A DNA stretch of 64,000 nt from Trichoplax adhaerens (taxonomy: Eukaryota; Animalia; Placozoa): contig NW_002060978.1 of NCBI RefSeq assembly GCF_000150275.1, positions 186,001 to 250,000 on the forward strand, written 5' to 3'. The notes below the pieces were generated by a model. That model ran no database searches and was not told where the DNA came from. It worked only from the letters and a program-made list of their open reading frames with translations. Shown here one piece after another: positions 1 to 13,341 of the stretch (the first letter of the stretch is position 1; every line of letters begins with the position of its first letter). Made by a program: the position numbers and the translations under genes.

Positions 1-3000
1 ACAAGAACTCTATCTTTCTCTTACACTAGATTATAAACCCAATTTTTACTAAAAAATCAACCAATTCATAGTACAGTAAATTTACCCAAACATGAATGAT
101 CATTGCTTAGATAATATAAAAACAGGTTATCTAAACATGTATCGAACATGATTAGATAAATCGTTATCAGTAAGTTGCTAATTAAGTTATCTAGCGATAA
201 CCATGTTACTGGGTAATAAATGTATAATTCATTATAAGCAAAAGTCATAGCAATTGCTTATGAATTTATAGCAACAGGAATTATACCTTTATCAAACGGT
301 TGTTAGGTACGATTATAGATAGGAAAACTTAAAAGCGAAGAAGGCAATCGGAGTCATAACTCTAGCCTATTCAGATTTCCAAAATATGCCGATCAGTTTA
401 ATGGTTCACTCAGGTATATGATCGGCACAACGATGTTGCAAAATGATATATCTCAATATAATTGATTGCACAACATGGACGTGTGCTAATCACTACCATT
501 TCCTTATAAAACAAAGTGTAGACGAAGTTGAATGAGCCTAGTTTGTATCAAGATAGTCACGAACTTGCAAGAAAATAACTACATGCATATTCATGAATTC
601 GTAGACAAGTAGACGCGGAAAAAACATGCAACAAATCTAAAATTAACCCCACCTTTTACAAAATGTATAAAATAGACAGACTTCTATTCTACCTCGACTT
701 GTACAAATTGTATTTACTTCAATAGAATGGAAGCGCTCTGACAATAATAAATCATCGGAAATGGTATTGGAATCAGTCGCATAATAGATGGACAGAAGCA
801 GTTTCCGCTTGCAAAATCATAACATTGCATAGACGTAATTACACTATTTATCCCATTATCTTAACTTCATACTATTAGCAAACGATAATTTTAATCCGCC
901 ATAAATAATCTTCCTGATTATATATTTATATCTATTAATATCCTAAGACCAGATGACAAAGTGTAAAAAACTATTGATAATGGTGCAATTAAAAAAATGA
1001 TAGATCAAGACAGTATAATGATTTAGAGGATAACTTGACAAATCAGACAGATTAGTTATTCACGTCTGCAAGTATTTGCGATATTTTTGGTCTGTTAATT
1101 GTTTTGGCCAATTCTACAGTGTTAGAATAGACAATCACGCCGTTGCTACAGAGCTCGAACGCAACAAAATGATACTCGTTCAGAAAGACTAACGGAGTAT
1201 AGTCCGAGCTTAATATCCCAATCAGTCACTAATTTGATATTGAACAAAAAAATTTTTATTTGCTTATGCTATTGCTGATTGCAATTTGCATTAATGTATT
1301 ACATGAATCAGAGGCAGAAGTGCTGTTTATTGTTTCCCTTGAGAACAGCACATGTGCCAGTGAGAATAGCGGAAACCATAGGCATCGTTAGGTAAACAAG
1401 AGATGTCACTGCTTCTCTCAACTACTGCTGCTATGAAAGAATCAACGGTCTCTATTTCACCCTCCTATCCTTATCCTTTAAATTCAATCATTGTCGCATA
1501 CGATATATAAAATTCGATAGCATAGAGATTCATCAGCGTTCTAATTAAAAACTGCAATCAAGTCTTTATTTGCTAACACTGAAATCGCAAAACAAACACA
1601 TTNTCCTGCGCGATTTGTCTGAGGCTATTCCTATTTATTATGCTAATTGCTTGATTGTAATGATTAGCATCATTTTTACTAGAATTAATTAATTTCAATT
1701 CATGTGACTAAGTGGATAATAGGCTTATGATATAATCGTTATGATTATAATCAAAAAAACAGAAATGATAACGTTAACGAGATGTTGAACACTGTACAGT
1801 ACATTATAATTATCGTTGAAGTTAGCTTGACGATCTCTCTAATCAAATCAACGATCATCGTTTAATATCAATTTTAAGTATGGTCTATTCTTGAATAGGG
1901 CAATTAAAGAAATCGACAGAAGATTTATTGTAATACAAGGATTTAGTATTATCTAGAAGTTATTAGACACCACGACAAAGTGGCTTTAATATTTAATGCA
2001 TATTGGAGTTAAGAGTTCTGTCTTCCTTCAATACTCGCATCATCTCCTATTCATCTCTAAGAACATACTGCATCATTTTAAACTGGAAAACTATATGATT
2101 AGACATAATTTCGGCTAATCTTTATCTAATATAGTACTGGTGAATACACATTTTCTCTTACACTGTAGAGCAGTAAAAGTTATAGCTTTACTTAGATTTT
2201 AAAAGTTTGCATTGCTTCATTGAACCTTAAAATCCTTCAAATTCATATATAATTATAATCATTGCTTATATAGAACTTATCTAATCAAACATAAGCTTGA
2301 TTATTAAATCTAATATCATTGCCATTGACAAAAATCTGATTATATTAAATCTATTTCCTGTTATAATGATGATGATAAATATGAATATAACAGCAATAGA
2401 ACCATACGATGTTATAATTGGTTTATTTTCTTCGTGAAAGCTAAATAAACCAAAATACTATAATGCTAGATTCTGTCAGCTAGTACAAGGCATCATTAAA
2501 AGTCTTGTTACCGTGTGAGGCAAAATAGAAACATACAGTTCGTGATTGCCATTTTTCATTCAGCAAACAATAATTATTTAGTAACAGTATAACCGAATAT
2601 TTTAGTAAGGCCACTCATACCTCAATTTGCCCATTTCTGGTAGCGATACAAAGACTACTAATTGTTCGCTATAAATTACATGCAAGCCTGCCTAATTAAT
2701 TGCCGCCAGTAAGTACTAAGAACTATTTTATTTTCCTTGTGTTACTCTTTCAATAGTTCATAATCGTACTAGAAAGATTGTTTATGTATTAACAGTAACA
2801 TTTTGACTATTATTAGAATTCAAAGTAAATATACATTATCATCTACATTATCCAATGGACTTTATAAATAAAAGTTTAAAATCCGAATTGATCAAGTTAA
2901 TTGGCGGTACAGCGTTCTTATTGATACAAATCAACAGCTGTGGGCTTATCCATTAGAACTTGAATTCATTAATTAGTATGATAATCATCCTCCATAATAA

Positions 3001-6000
3001 AAAAAAACAATTAATTGGTTGTAAAACTTGATACTTGGATTTAATTTACAGAATAAAATTATAACAACTGCATCAATCGTCAACCACTTGAATTTTACTA
3101 CTTATTAGCAAGGCCTAGGCCACTCTTGAGTCGTAATATGGCACACTTCATAAAGATCCATTTCTATTGAAGCAGAGAAAAACAGTTTACAAATAACCCC
3201 ATCTCAGGTCTCGGAATAGTTCCATTCCAGACACTTAGTTAATCTGTCTATTATATGTCTGATTTCTAGCGCGTAGACATTGTCGGCAAAACATGGATAT
3301 TGTCTAGGAAAGGAAGTAGTATTCCAAAATCGATCGTAATAGTTGATTATTATTGCCCTTTTACGATATGTAGTCCAAAGCTTTTAGACTTTGAGCATTA
3401 AAATTTAATATGTTTTTAAATAAATTGATATGATAGACTGAATAATTTTACAGCCTAATGAATATGAAGAGAATTAATCTATTCAATTGGATTGCCTTCC
3501 AAGATGATTTGCCGATTGCCAAATCTAGATAATACTAATTGTATAGTTGTCTCCAGTTCAATCCATAGTTCCCAGCATTATTGGAAATCAGCAATTATAA
3601 TTACTTCTTGTTTATTTGTAGATCAAATTCTTCCGAATTATTGATGGAAGAACTTGAAATAAGAATCATCTCTGATATTTAATAGTGTATTATTATTTTA
3701 TTGAAAACTTTCTTATTGTTTATAAGCATTCCAACACGAACAGTATCCAATTTTAGGACCTTTCTGCGAATAAATCGAAACAGTTCCAATCGTTAATTGA
3801 TTCAAAATGGTTAAAAATATAGGAGATACGCTATTCCTTATATTAAATAACAGATGAGATATTCCCTATATTAAATGATTTTCTAACTAAAGGACTATCT
3901 TAAGTTTATGATAGCGATCAGCAAGACAAGCTAGCAGTAAAATTATAGCAAAATTCACATCATGTATGCAAGATGTTGCTAGAATCTAGAAATTATAGTA
4001 TTAGCCTAAACTTTAGTTATTGCCCGGTTTAATAGGAGTCTACTAGATTAACTATGAGCAATTATTGAATCGACATCTTCGTAATCAATATTACTATTTA
4101 TCTTTACTGAATGCAGATAACCCAAAATTAAAAGAGAACGATTCAAGTTACATGATTGAAGTTGGACATGATCGAAACTGTCTTTTATGATTAAATTAAT
4201 AAAATGAATAAGTATTCATAAAGAAAGCTTGAATAATGAAAACGTCTATTGATATTTTTACTATATGAGTTATGGTACATGCAGCTATCATTACTAGGAA
4301 TGGAATGAATGCAAACCGAGTTCACTGTGGAAAGATAAACTTTCGCTAGACATTCTAAAGTACTTTCATAATTGCATTATGGTCGCATTGATGGTACTTT
4401 TGATAATTTGAGACAATCAACAAATAGACTAAGGTGATGATTAAGGTTGGCAATGTTGACAATTTGAAAACGATCATTTCAATGCCTTCATTAATATTAC
4501 ATTGTTGATGTGTAAAATCAATCAAATTAGGCGTGGGAAATAACCACATTCGATCATCATTCTAGATGAGACAAAAAACATAGTAGTACAGATGCAGCGG
4601 TGATTATAAAAAGCCTCTTGGTCCATCAACTGTTGTCACTTTTCATGCTGATACAGTTGATGATAACAGTAGCCTAATTAATGCTATAGTTATTACTTAA
4701 ATTATAGTTGAGTTGTCGGTGGATATCAAAGCGAATAATATAAGCATTGAATACTGGAAGTGGCTTGAATCTCTTAGGTCAGTATTGAACTTTCCCTTTT
4801 TTGTCTATCAAGAGATTAAAATTCGTCTAGTCTAGCTTAGATACTGTTGACAGCCAAAATAGTTTTTAGTCTTATTTAATCATGTTTTAAATAGGAGGAA
4901 ACAACATCTTATTTGAACGTACTAGATTAGCAAAATATGTTTTAATAAATGCAATTACATAAAGGTAATTGCGGAAATGTTGAAACGATGTTAGCTAAAC
5001 TATCAACGTAATCATTTTAGTGAGCAATTACCAACCATGAATTTATTCTGACATCATTTTAGCTCCAAAAAATTTTTCAACGCCTATTTGGTGCTAGTCA
5101 TACTTGAAGCCATACTTGACCAATCTACTTGGATATTATCCCTGTTAAACTTGCCTTTCGTGTTTGTTTTCACGCAGTGGCTAATTCAAGATTGTATTCT
5201 TAGCCCAAGAATACAAGTATCGACAAGCAAAACTCTTAGCGTTAATTTATGTCAATCTTTAATCTATGAGTTATCAGAATCTTGATTGGGTGATCCCTGA
5301 ATCCTTGGAATAATTGAAAATTGCCTTTTAAGAAATCTTCAAGCTTCAATAGCATTGCAGAAATTATTCCATCTCCCAAATTTTCTATACTTTTAGTTGG
5401 TTTCCAGCCATCGATAAAGTGCCAATTTTTATTGGGATTTGATCTAACTCGTATAACGTACTCGTATCGTCCGTCAATCAGAAAGAAGATTAGGTAAGAA
5501 CGAAATAAGTTTTTTTACTGCTATCGTTTTATATCCCTCTTTTTTCTATTTTAAAGTCTTCAAAGCTCGTCCATGAACTTAGTCTACTTGCTATTGTTTT
5601 CATATATCTTACTGGCTTTTAATTGGAATTTATCATTATTTTCCACTTTCATTTTATGAATACGTTGTTGGTAATATACCATAGCAAAATAGATATTTTG
5701 ATTTTTTTCAATTAAACCTATCCATTATTGCTTATATCCAGATATTCTTAAGTATCATAATTAGAAAGGTTGAACAAGCCAATTTTTTATCCTATAAATT
5801 ACAGTCTTCTGACGGATTTTATTGTACAGTATTGTAATTGCATATTACTGTTGCTCATCGATTGTAACGAAAACGATTGGAAATGACTTTAATTATAGAT
5901 TATTTTTCTATTCTGACATTTTGCCTTGACTCGATCTCACCCTATGCTGTTACTATCAATAATTACTTAGCAGATCAATATGATATTCAATTATGTTATT

Positions 6001-7230
6001 ATACTATGTTGGGTATCCAAAATAAACCTTTCGAAAGACTGGAGATTGGGAACCTTTATGAAGGCTTTCTATCTTAACAAGTACCAGTACATGTATCAAA
6101 ATATTAAATCATGATATATCGTAACACTGTCTGATCCTACTTTATTTCCTAGCATTATAACCAAAATTAATATTAGATTACTAATCTTTGACTGTATTGC
6201 ACGTAAGCGACAACGAAAGGAAATGTACCATCGTGCGATGCCTAGATTTTATATATTTAAAATTCTACTGTCTTTTACTGTATTAAGCGCCAGCTATTTT
6301 CTTCATCACAATATCGCTTGTATAATAACATGATTAGCAATATTATCACCTATCCATTTTCATAATTACTAGTGCTGTTGTAAAGCATCGGTAGCGAATG
6401 AGTCTCACACCGCGTTAATTTATTAATGCTGTTCAAATTTTCCACTATTCTTGAAAAGGTTGCGCTGCTAAGGATAGAATGCTTTTTATTTTAGAATTCT
6501 TCTTTGTTACAAAACAGCTATAAATTACACCATTTATGATCGATTTCATGGCAACAGTAGTGGAATAGGCTTTTATAAGGGCTATCCTTTGGCCAAAATC
6601 CATTGACAAGATGACATTCACATCGTAGGGAATTAGAATAACGAGATGTTGTTAATCATGATTATGTTGATTAATTTGTTGGTTTATATTGTCAGTCGTA
6701 ATTAATGATCTATTCATCCATTTAATTTACCATGGATAGGAGACAGTGCCAATATTGTCAATTATTAGCTATGAATTGTAAGGTCATTTCATAATTATTT
6801 CAATACTATAACGCTAAATGAGAGGTTACGTGCTATTTAAATTTGGTAATTGGAGCAGGAAAGATGTGCATTCGAATGAAGAAATGATCATTATATTCCA
6901 TTACAAGTTGATAGCTACTTTATGCTAATTCTTTCAGTCAATGGGATGGATAATGAACTTGTTCAATCTGGTGCTTGTAAACCAAGATAATACTAATAAG
7001 TTAGATAGAAAGAACCGAGATTGTACTTGTAGAGTTGAATTTGATTAGGTAACAAAGTTGAGCTTTCAATGGATGTTACAGAGAGTGCTTCATTTTTATT
7101 TCTTCGCAGCTTGTTGGAAACATTCTCATATTATTTATATGCTTTAACTGTGGTGCTTTGCGAGCGAAACACACATCTACTTTAAATGTTGTAAAGACTA
7201 TTGATTCGTACTTTAGAAAATTGAGAAGTA

Positions 7231-7490
7231 GTTCTTAATTGATGTTAAATTATAATCAATTCTTGATGGTCCAGTAAGGGGCATTAGATCAATTCTATCG
7301 TCAATATAGTACAAATCTAAGTAGTAAAGATCAAATGATGGTAGCATTCATCTTCCCTAAGTTCTTAATTGACTTTTAATTATAATCATTTCTTGATAAT
7401 GTAAACGGCAATAGATCAACTCTTTCATCATTATATTACCAATTTAAGTAGTGAAAATCAGATGATATTAGCGCTCACCTTCTTTAGTTA
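7231..7490. repeat. Diverged ~130-bp tandem duplication
   Basis: gttcttaattga...tataatca.ttcttgat...tagatcaa...taagtagt.aa.atca.atgat is present at 7231-7360 and 7361-7490. Confidence 0.85.
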
Positions 7491-10400
7491 ATTGAATTTG
7501 ATATAAGCGGTAAGTTTTTCCTTTATATCGCTTAACATATCAACAGTAATTTGTTGATAGTTAGAGTGGATAATGTAGGCTATCATTCTATTTGTAATCA
7601 TATCTTTAATTTCTCGTAAGTTCATTTTGGGCAGACAGTTAAATGGATTAATATATTTTGAAGATATTGATACAAATGAGATGGGGCTCTGATCGTGTTG
7701 GCCTCGGCAAATTTGTTCATTATTTTTGAGATTCAAGGTTTGAAATCATCAAGAGATTATTAGTTCTAGCCCCAATCGTTTTATTACTAAGGATCTATTT
7801 TTATTATTACTAGAGTTTACGGATAGCGGTTTTAATTCACGTTACTTTCATTTATTCATATTTTCCCTCCATTTATCTAAGCAGCCAACTTAACTGTCTT
7901 CTTTGTCGCTTTTATATAGTTTAAACCAATCATACGAATACTTATCTTTAGCAATTCATTCCACATTCTTAAGACCTAATGTTACATAAGCCTGTATTTA
8001 GATACATCATGTTTAGATTTGATTTGTTTGCGGTTATGCAGTGGTTTATATTCATTTTATTAGTATTATTTCTATAATTATGTACAACGTTCATTTAGTC
8101 CCATAAACATCTTGGTTATCGTTATCAGATTTCTATCATTCAAAGCCAGTTAATAATTTCATTCCAAACTTCTTTATTAATTTATCAGCGACAATTCTAG
8201 TTACATTATGGGCTTAGAACGGTCAGGATTTCAAATTCATTACGATATTTTCCTATAATAGGCTTAATTTACTTCGTGATCGGTTTCATTTTCTATTCCA
8301 TAAGGTACCGTAATCAACTTACTAAACTAGAAAGTTTTACCTTAGAGGGGAATTTCAGTCGTGCTTATTTGGCGATAGTAACTATTTTTACCAGTTTACC
8401 ACCGTTCAGTTTCTGTCTTTTCAAGACTTGAAGCTTTTGAAACGAGTCTTATTGATATTGTGGGCTTACGCATATAGTAGAATTGAATAGTGAATAAATT
8501 TTTAGTAATGAATGAACGCGAAATATAGCCATACAAAGTAACTATTTCTCGTCGCGATAGATGGCACGGCGGTATTAAAAATTTATAAAGTTCAAAGTCT
8601 TGTTTTGGCATGATAGTTAGTATACATATGGAGGCAAGATCCTCTTTACTTATTGACCATTCTAACTCATAGATGACTAATTGCTATTCACTCTTTGGAT
8701 AGTCCAAACAATAAACCACACAGAAAAAGTTGACATGAAGATCTATTTCTTATTCGTCAATGTCTTTATGATTACTCAGTACTTTTGTAATAGTATTCTC
8801 TATTCTACCATCCGTTCAATTGGGTCACATTATCATTCTTAGAGTCTTGTGAGTTATTTCACGCCTTAATTATTTCGAGACCGGATTAGACGCCGTGTAT
8901 TATGCGCGAATTTCCATTCCTCCTAGGATAGAGACTCTGCAACAGCAGATTATTTCATGAAGGATATTCTCATTGGATAAAATCGTAATGACCTTATTCG
9001 ATATTGAAAATCAGCTATATTGGGATATTACTCCATTAATGGCGATAATTGCTTGAATCTAGCAATATCAGTGAGTGTATATTGATCTATAATTAGTTTC
9101 TATTTCCCTTCATATCATCATCTGAACTCCCGACGTAGGAAATTGATTATTCATTTATCGACTCAAAATAACCTCATCTTCTGTGGAAGAAATCTTAATA
9201 TAGAAAGATCAGGGTTTTAGATGTTGCCGATTGATTTAGATATGGACTAAATGAATGAGTAAATCAACATTATTGGAAGAATTTCCTCTTTTATTTATTT
9301 CTTTCATGCCATCTTGCCTACTTACAACTGCTGTATTTGTCGGTTAGTTCCTGGTCGTGGCTTCTGTTAACCCGATTGTTTTAATTTCTTTTCGATCTAA
9401 CTAGGTGAGCAACTATCTATTGTAATCCCCCTCCCTGATTAGATTGCTTACATCCTAGACCGTTGTCCTAGTTTTCTATCGTCAATTTAACCTTGAGCTG
9501 ATCTTTCGACACTTAACATTAATCGCCGATTAACCATTATGTCGTTTATTCCTTATGTACTACAATTTACCTCGTATTGAAGTTATAATACTAGTAAGGC
9601 CAACGACTTCCTTATTGCCATCATTCTGCTCTACATAAAGGGATTTTCCAGCGTTACAGCTACTGTTCTTTAAAATTGATCGCCTAGTATTCCATCTTTA
9701 GTCTAACATCTTATTTACATTGAAACAATCGTCGATCATTATCACCTCATAGCCATTTATTCCAATTTTTCTTTATCAGGAGATTCTTAGCGCTTCATTG
9801 ACAGAATAGACAGGCATTTCTAGGAATATTGTAAATTTTCTATTTGTTTCAATGATTCCATCCTCTTTAACCATAGATGGGGCTTTGTTTCTACTGTGTT
9901 ATTGTCTTCTATCTATTATGCTGTCTGATTTGAGGAAGTAGAGGACAGAAATTGGCGATTTATTTCAACCGCTATTTTTACTCTATCATCAATCACTAGA
10001 TATAAAATTTACTCCTAATTTTAAACCATATTCCAGTGATCATTTATTTCACTCAATTGCTCTTTCTGACTTGATAGTTATGACTTCTTACAACGGTAGA
10101 AATCAATTCTTAATCATTTTGCCAAGTTAAAGCAGAACTTGCTAATAGTCAAAAGATTGTAAACTTCAATATTTTGTTTTACTGGATAAATTTCTAATCG
10201 GTATCAAATTTGTTTTCACTATTTCCAAATTGATGTGTATGAAGGTTAATATTGCAGGATAGATAAGGTACAGGCTCATTTTTACATAAGCTACTAAATG
10301 TTTTAGCGACTAGAATTTTCAATTGCATAAACTCAAGAATTAGACATCAGTTTGCTTAGCTTATGTAATTACAAACATTGACAAAGTGCATATTACATGA

Positions 10401-12177
10401 GTCTTTAGGTTACAATTTTATGCCATTGGATAAGTAATCTACGCGTTATATTTTTCTTATTTTCCTGTTTCAATGTTGAACAATATATCATCATTAATGC
10501 TATTAAATTTAGATACAGTTTCAATCTTAGAAGATGGAAAGATATTTAAGACACTTCTTACATCTGTTTTTCACTGCCTACACCGCACCTTGAACATCAG
10601 TTAGTCAAATTAAAATCGTCCTTTTTCTTTAGTAACAACATATCAACTTGTGTAGTATCATTAGAAGAAACTTATTTTACTCAAATCATTATTCTAGAAA
10701 TAATATTTGCTATTGTTGCTTTTTTTAACGGATATTTTTATCAACATTATTACTATAGACTAGTTACGTTATCATATTACATAAGGTGCATTGCTACAAC
10801 TATTTATTTAATGTGGTATAGTTCAAGCCTTGAATAGATCATTCTGTTAGGATACGGTTACTGTAATTATTTTACTAATCAGTTATCAGCTGCCTTATTA
10901 TTCTTGTTATCGTATTTTATTTCAGAGCAATCAGCTGACTATCAACGTTCTTGTTCGATCTCTTTTAAAAATTTTAATTGTAACAGACTCAATGATATAA
11001 ATAGGATATAATTTTACTTTAAATAAGATACTGCCATTAAATATTCTGATTGTATTGGTATTCTAAACTTTAATACTATTTATGATAGGTTGGCTATTTA
11101 TTTTGTAAATGATACTTTTATTACTGCAAGTTAAAGCTGCTATACGATCTACATCAGCCACCGATCCTAATGACTCCGTAATCTATCAATCAATCGATCT
11201 TAATCATTTTATTGGCTATTACTGAAAGAATCGATATTGTACAGTATAATTATAGAGCTAAAGCGGAACCGTAAATCGAAAGTATTAAGAAGTTTACCAG
11301 TGATAATTTGTCAAAGATATTTTATAGTAGATTAACATTTTGGCTAAATCTAAATCACAATACCATCGGTTCTGGGTACATCTATTCAAATCAATTCAAT
11401 TAGAGTCAAAGGGTGACTTGGATTGAATATTACCGCAAATAATCCATCTACTTATCAATTCTTCATAAAATCGAACAGCGGACATCAAGTATAAACAAGA
11501 AATCCACCAACTTCGCCTAGCAATACTTTAATTCCTTTGCTAATGCAAGTCGCTAATCTTGGAATGACCATTTCTTTTAAATTATAACTCTGCATTGGTA
11601 ACTGTAATAAAACTTTAGAATCGGTATCTTCAACTTAATTCCAATTTCTATAATTTCCAATGCTAATTTGGACTCGAAATAGTTTCTTTAAACTTTAATA
11701 TCTTAACGTAGCATTTCTTAAGCAAGAATTTAAGGAAATTGTAGAGCTACATCAGGTGTTCAATAATTTATGATATTTTATTATAGTTTAATAACTGATG
11801 TGTCAATTTCGACCCAAAGCTAACACGAATATAATAATATCATTGCTATATTAATCAATATTCTTTAAGATTTCTGTAGTCACTAATTCAATATTAATTG
11901 CAATTTGTATTAATTATAAGTCCATAACTCGATTTTTAGCTATTGATGAAAAAACTTAATTATTACCTCCGATATAGTAACTTGAACGGTAATTATTATT
12001 TCACCATTTAAACTCCCAAGAAATTAGTCTATTTTAGCTATAGGACTGGATTTTGAATACAATTATTTGATATTGTCAATTTTAATACTTAATTAAAGAG
12101 TTTAAGCTTACTTTTCTGACATCATTTGTTGAACCTGATTCAAGTAAAACATTGGTAGATTGATTTAAACTGCAATC

Positions 12178-13341
12178 ATGGACAACCTTACCATCCAATC
12201 AACAACCAAACCTATTGACCAATTTAAACTTAATTCCTATGTTACAAAACGGCAGATATATGGTTTTGGTATTACCTTTTCCATTATTGCAGTAGCCTGT
12301 GTCATCTCAAATTTGATCATGATATTAGCTATTATACGCAATCGCTACCGCAACATGTGGACTGTAACTAACTACTATATCTTCAATATGGCTCTGGTCG
12401 ATTTATTGACAGGATCAATAGTCATTCCATGTCGAACTGCTCAGTTTGCGTTCCTCTATTGGTTTCTGGGTCGATTTTTGTGTGTTATTCATATTACTGT
12501 TGAGAAACTGTTATTTTGCTGCAGCATCTACACGTTAACATTAATGGCATTTGCACGATATCAAGCTATTGTTAACCCGTTAAACAGCAATTATCACTTC
12601 AAAGGAGCGCTTTGGAGATTAGGGGTAATCTGGTTACTCTCCATTGCTTCTTGTATACCGTTAATAATTCATATGCCGTTTCAAGTTTATACCTTAAAAA
12701 GACCCTATATACTAAGCAATCACGATTGTCAACCTACATTTAGATCAAGAGAGGAATCCGAGCTCTACTTACGAATCTATTATGCTTTATTCATGTTTTT
12801 CGCTTTCTTTTTGCCTTTAATTATTATTTCTTATTGCTATTTTAAAATCTATCAAACTTTACGTAACCGTAAGCGTGATTCGACATTAAAGTCGACAATG
12901 AAGAATTATTCCAAATCGATCAAGCGAACAAATAGAAAAGTAATCCATATGTTATTGACCATTACCGTCCTATTTTTTATAAGCTGGTTTCCACATAACT
13001 TTTCAATTATACTTTTAAATGTTGCCGGTCTAAATAAGGTTTGGATTAAAAGTTATAAAGATTACCTTAGTTATATCAATATTGGTCAGACGGGCAAGGT
13101 TTTATCCTATTTAAACAGTTGCCAAAACTTTTTTGTCTGCTTGATATTTAATAAGTCATTCCAAGATGCCATTGCTGACATTTTAACTTTGGGTTATTAT
13201 AAGAGAACGGAGTCGTTGTTTAGTTATCAAGCAAGCAATGTGAGCTCAACTCATCGTGTTAATGACCATGCTGAATTAACTCGCAATGAATCTTTGCCGG
13301 AAAAGAATCCTCTTGGGTCTGACGCACCAACCCATGTATAA
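12178..13341 (+). CDS. Class A (rhodopsin-like) GPCR, peptide-receptor-like, single coding exon, 387 aa
   Basis: Seven hydrophobic segments. Family motifs: TM1 SNLIMI, TM2 NMALVDLL, ECL1 WFLGRFLC, TM3 MAFARY (DRY variant), TM4 IWLLS..P, TM5 FFLPLIIISYCY, TM6 FFISWFPH, TM7 YLNSCQNFFVC (NPxxY variant). N-glycosylation sequon NLT at the N-terminus. Confidence 0.95.
   Translation: MDNLTIQSTTKPIDQFKLNSYVTKRQIYGFGITFSIIAVACVISNLIMILAIIRNRYRNMWTVTNYYIFNMALVDLLTGSIVIPCRTAQFAFLYWFLGRFLCVIHITVEKLLFCCSIYTLTLMAFARYQAIVNPLNSNYHFKGALWRLGVIWLLSIASCIPLIIHMPFQVYTLKRPYILSNHDCQPTFRSREESELYLRIYYALFMFFAFFLPLIIISYCYFKIYQTLRNRKRDSTLKSTMKNYSKSIKRTNRKVIHMLLTITVLFFISWFPHNFSIILLNVAGLNKVWIKSYKDYLSYINIGQTGKVLSYLNSCQNFFVCLIFNKSFQDAIADILTLGYYKRTESLFSYQASNVSSTHRVNDHAELTRNESLPEKNPLGSDAPTHV

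Noticed and set aside
1310-1418. Nested inverted repeats (gtgctgtt/aacagcac; agaggcag/ctgcttct)
   Set aside because: Stems are short, and I recognised no tRNA, snRNA or snoRNA box motifs.
7488-7736. 82-aa ORF next to the 130-bp duplication, with a donor-like aag|gtgagc
   Set aside because: No recognisable homology and no coherent exon chain.
8850-9960. Purine-rich, coding-like stretch on the minus strand
   Set aside because: The frames I translated are broken by stops and show no recognisable family motif, so a pseudogene call cannot be supported without a search.
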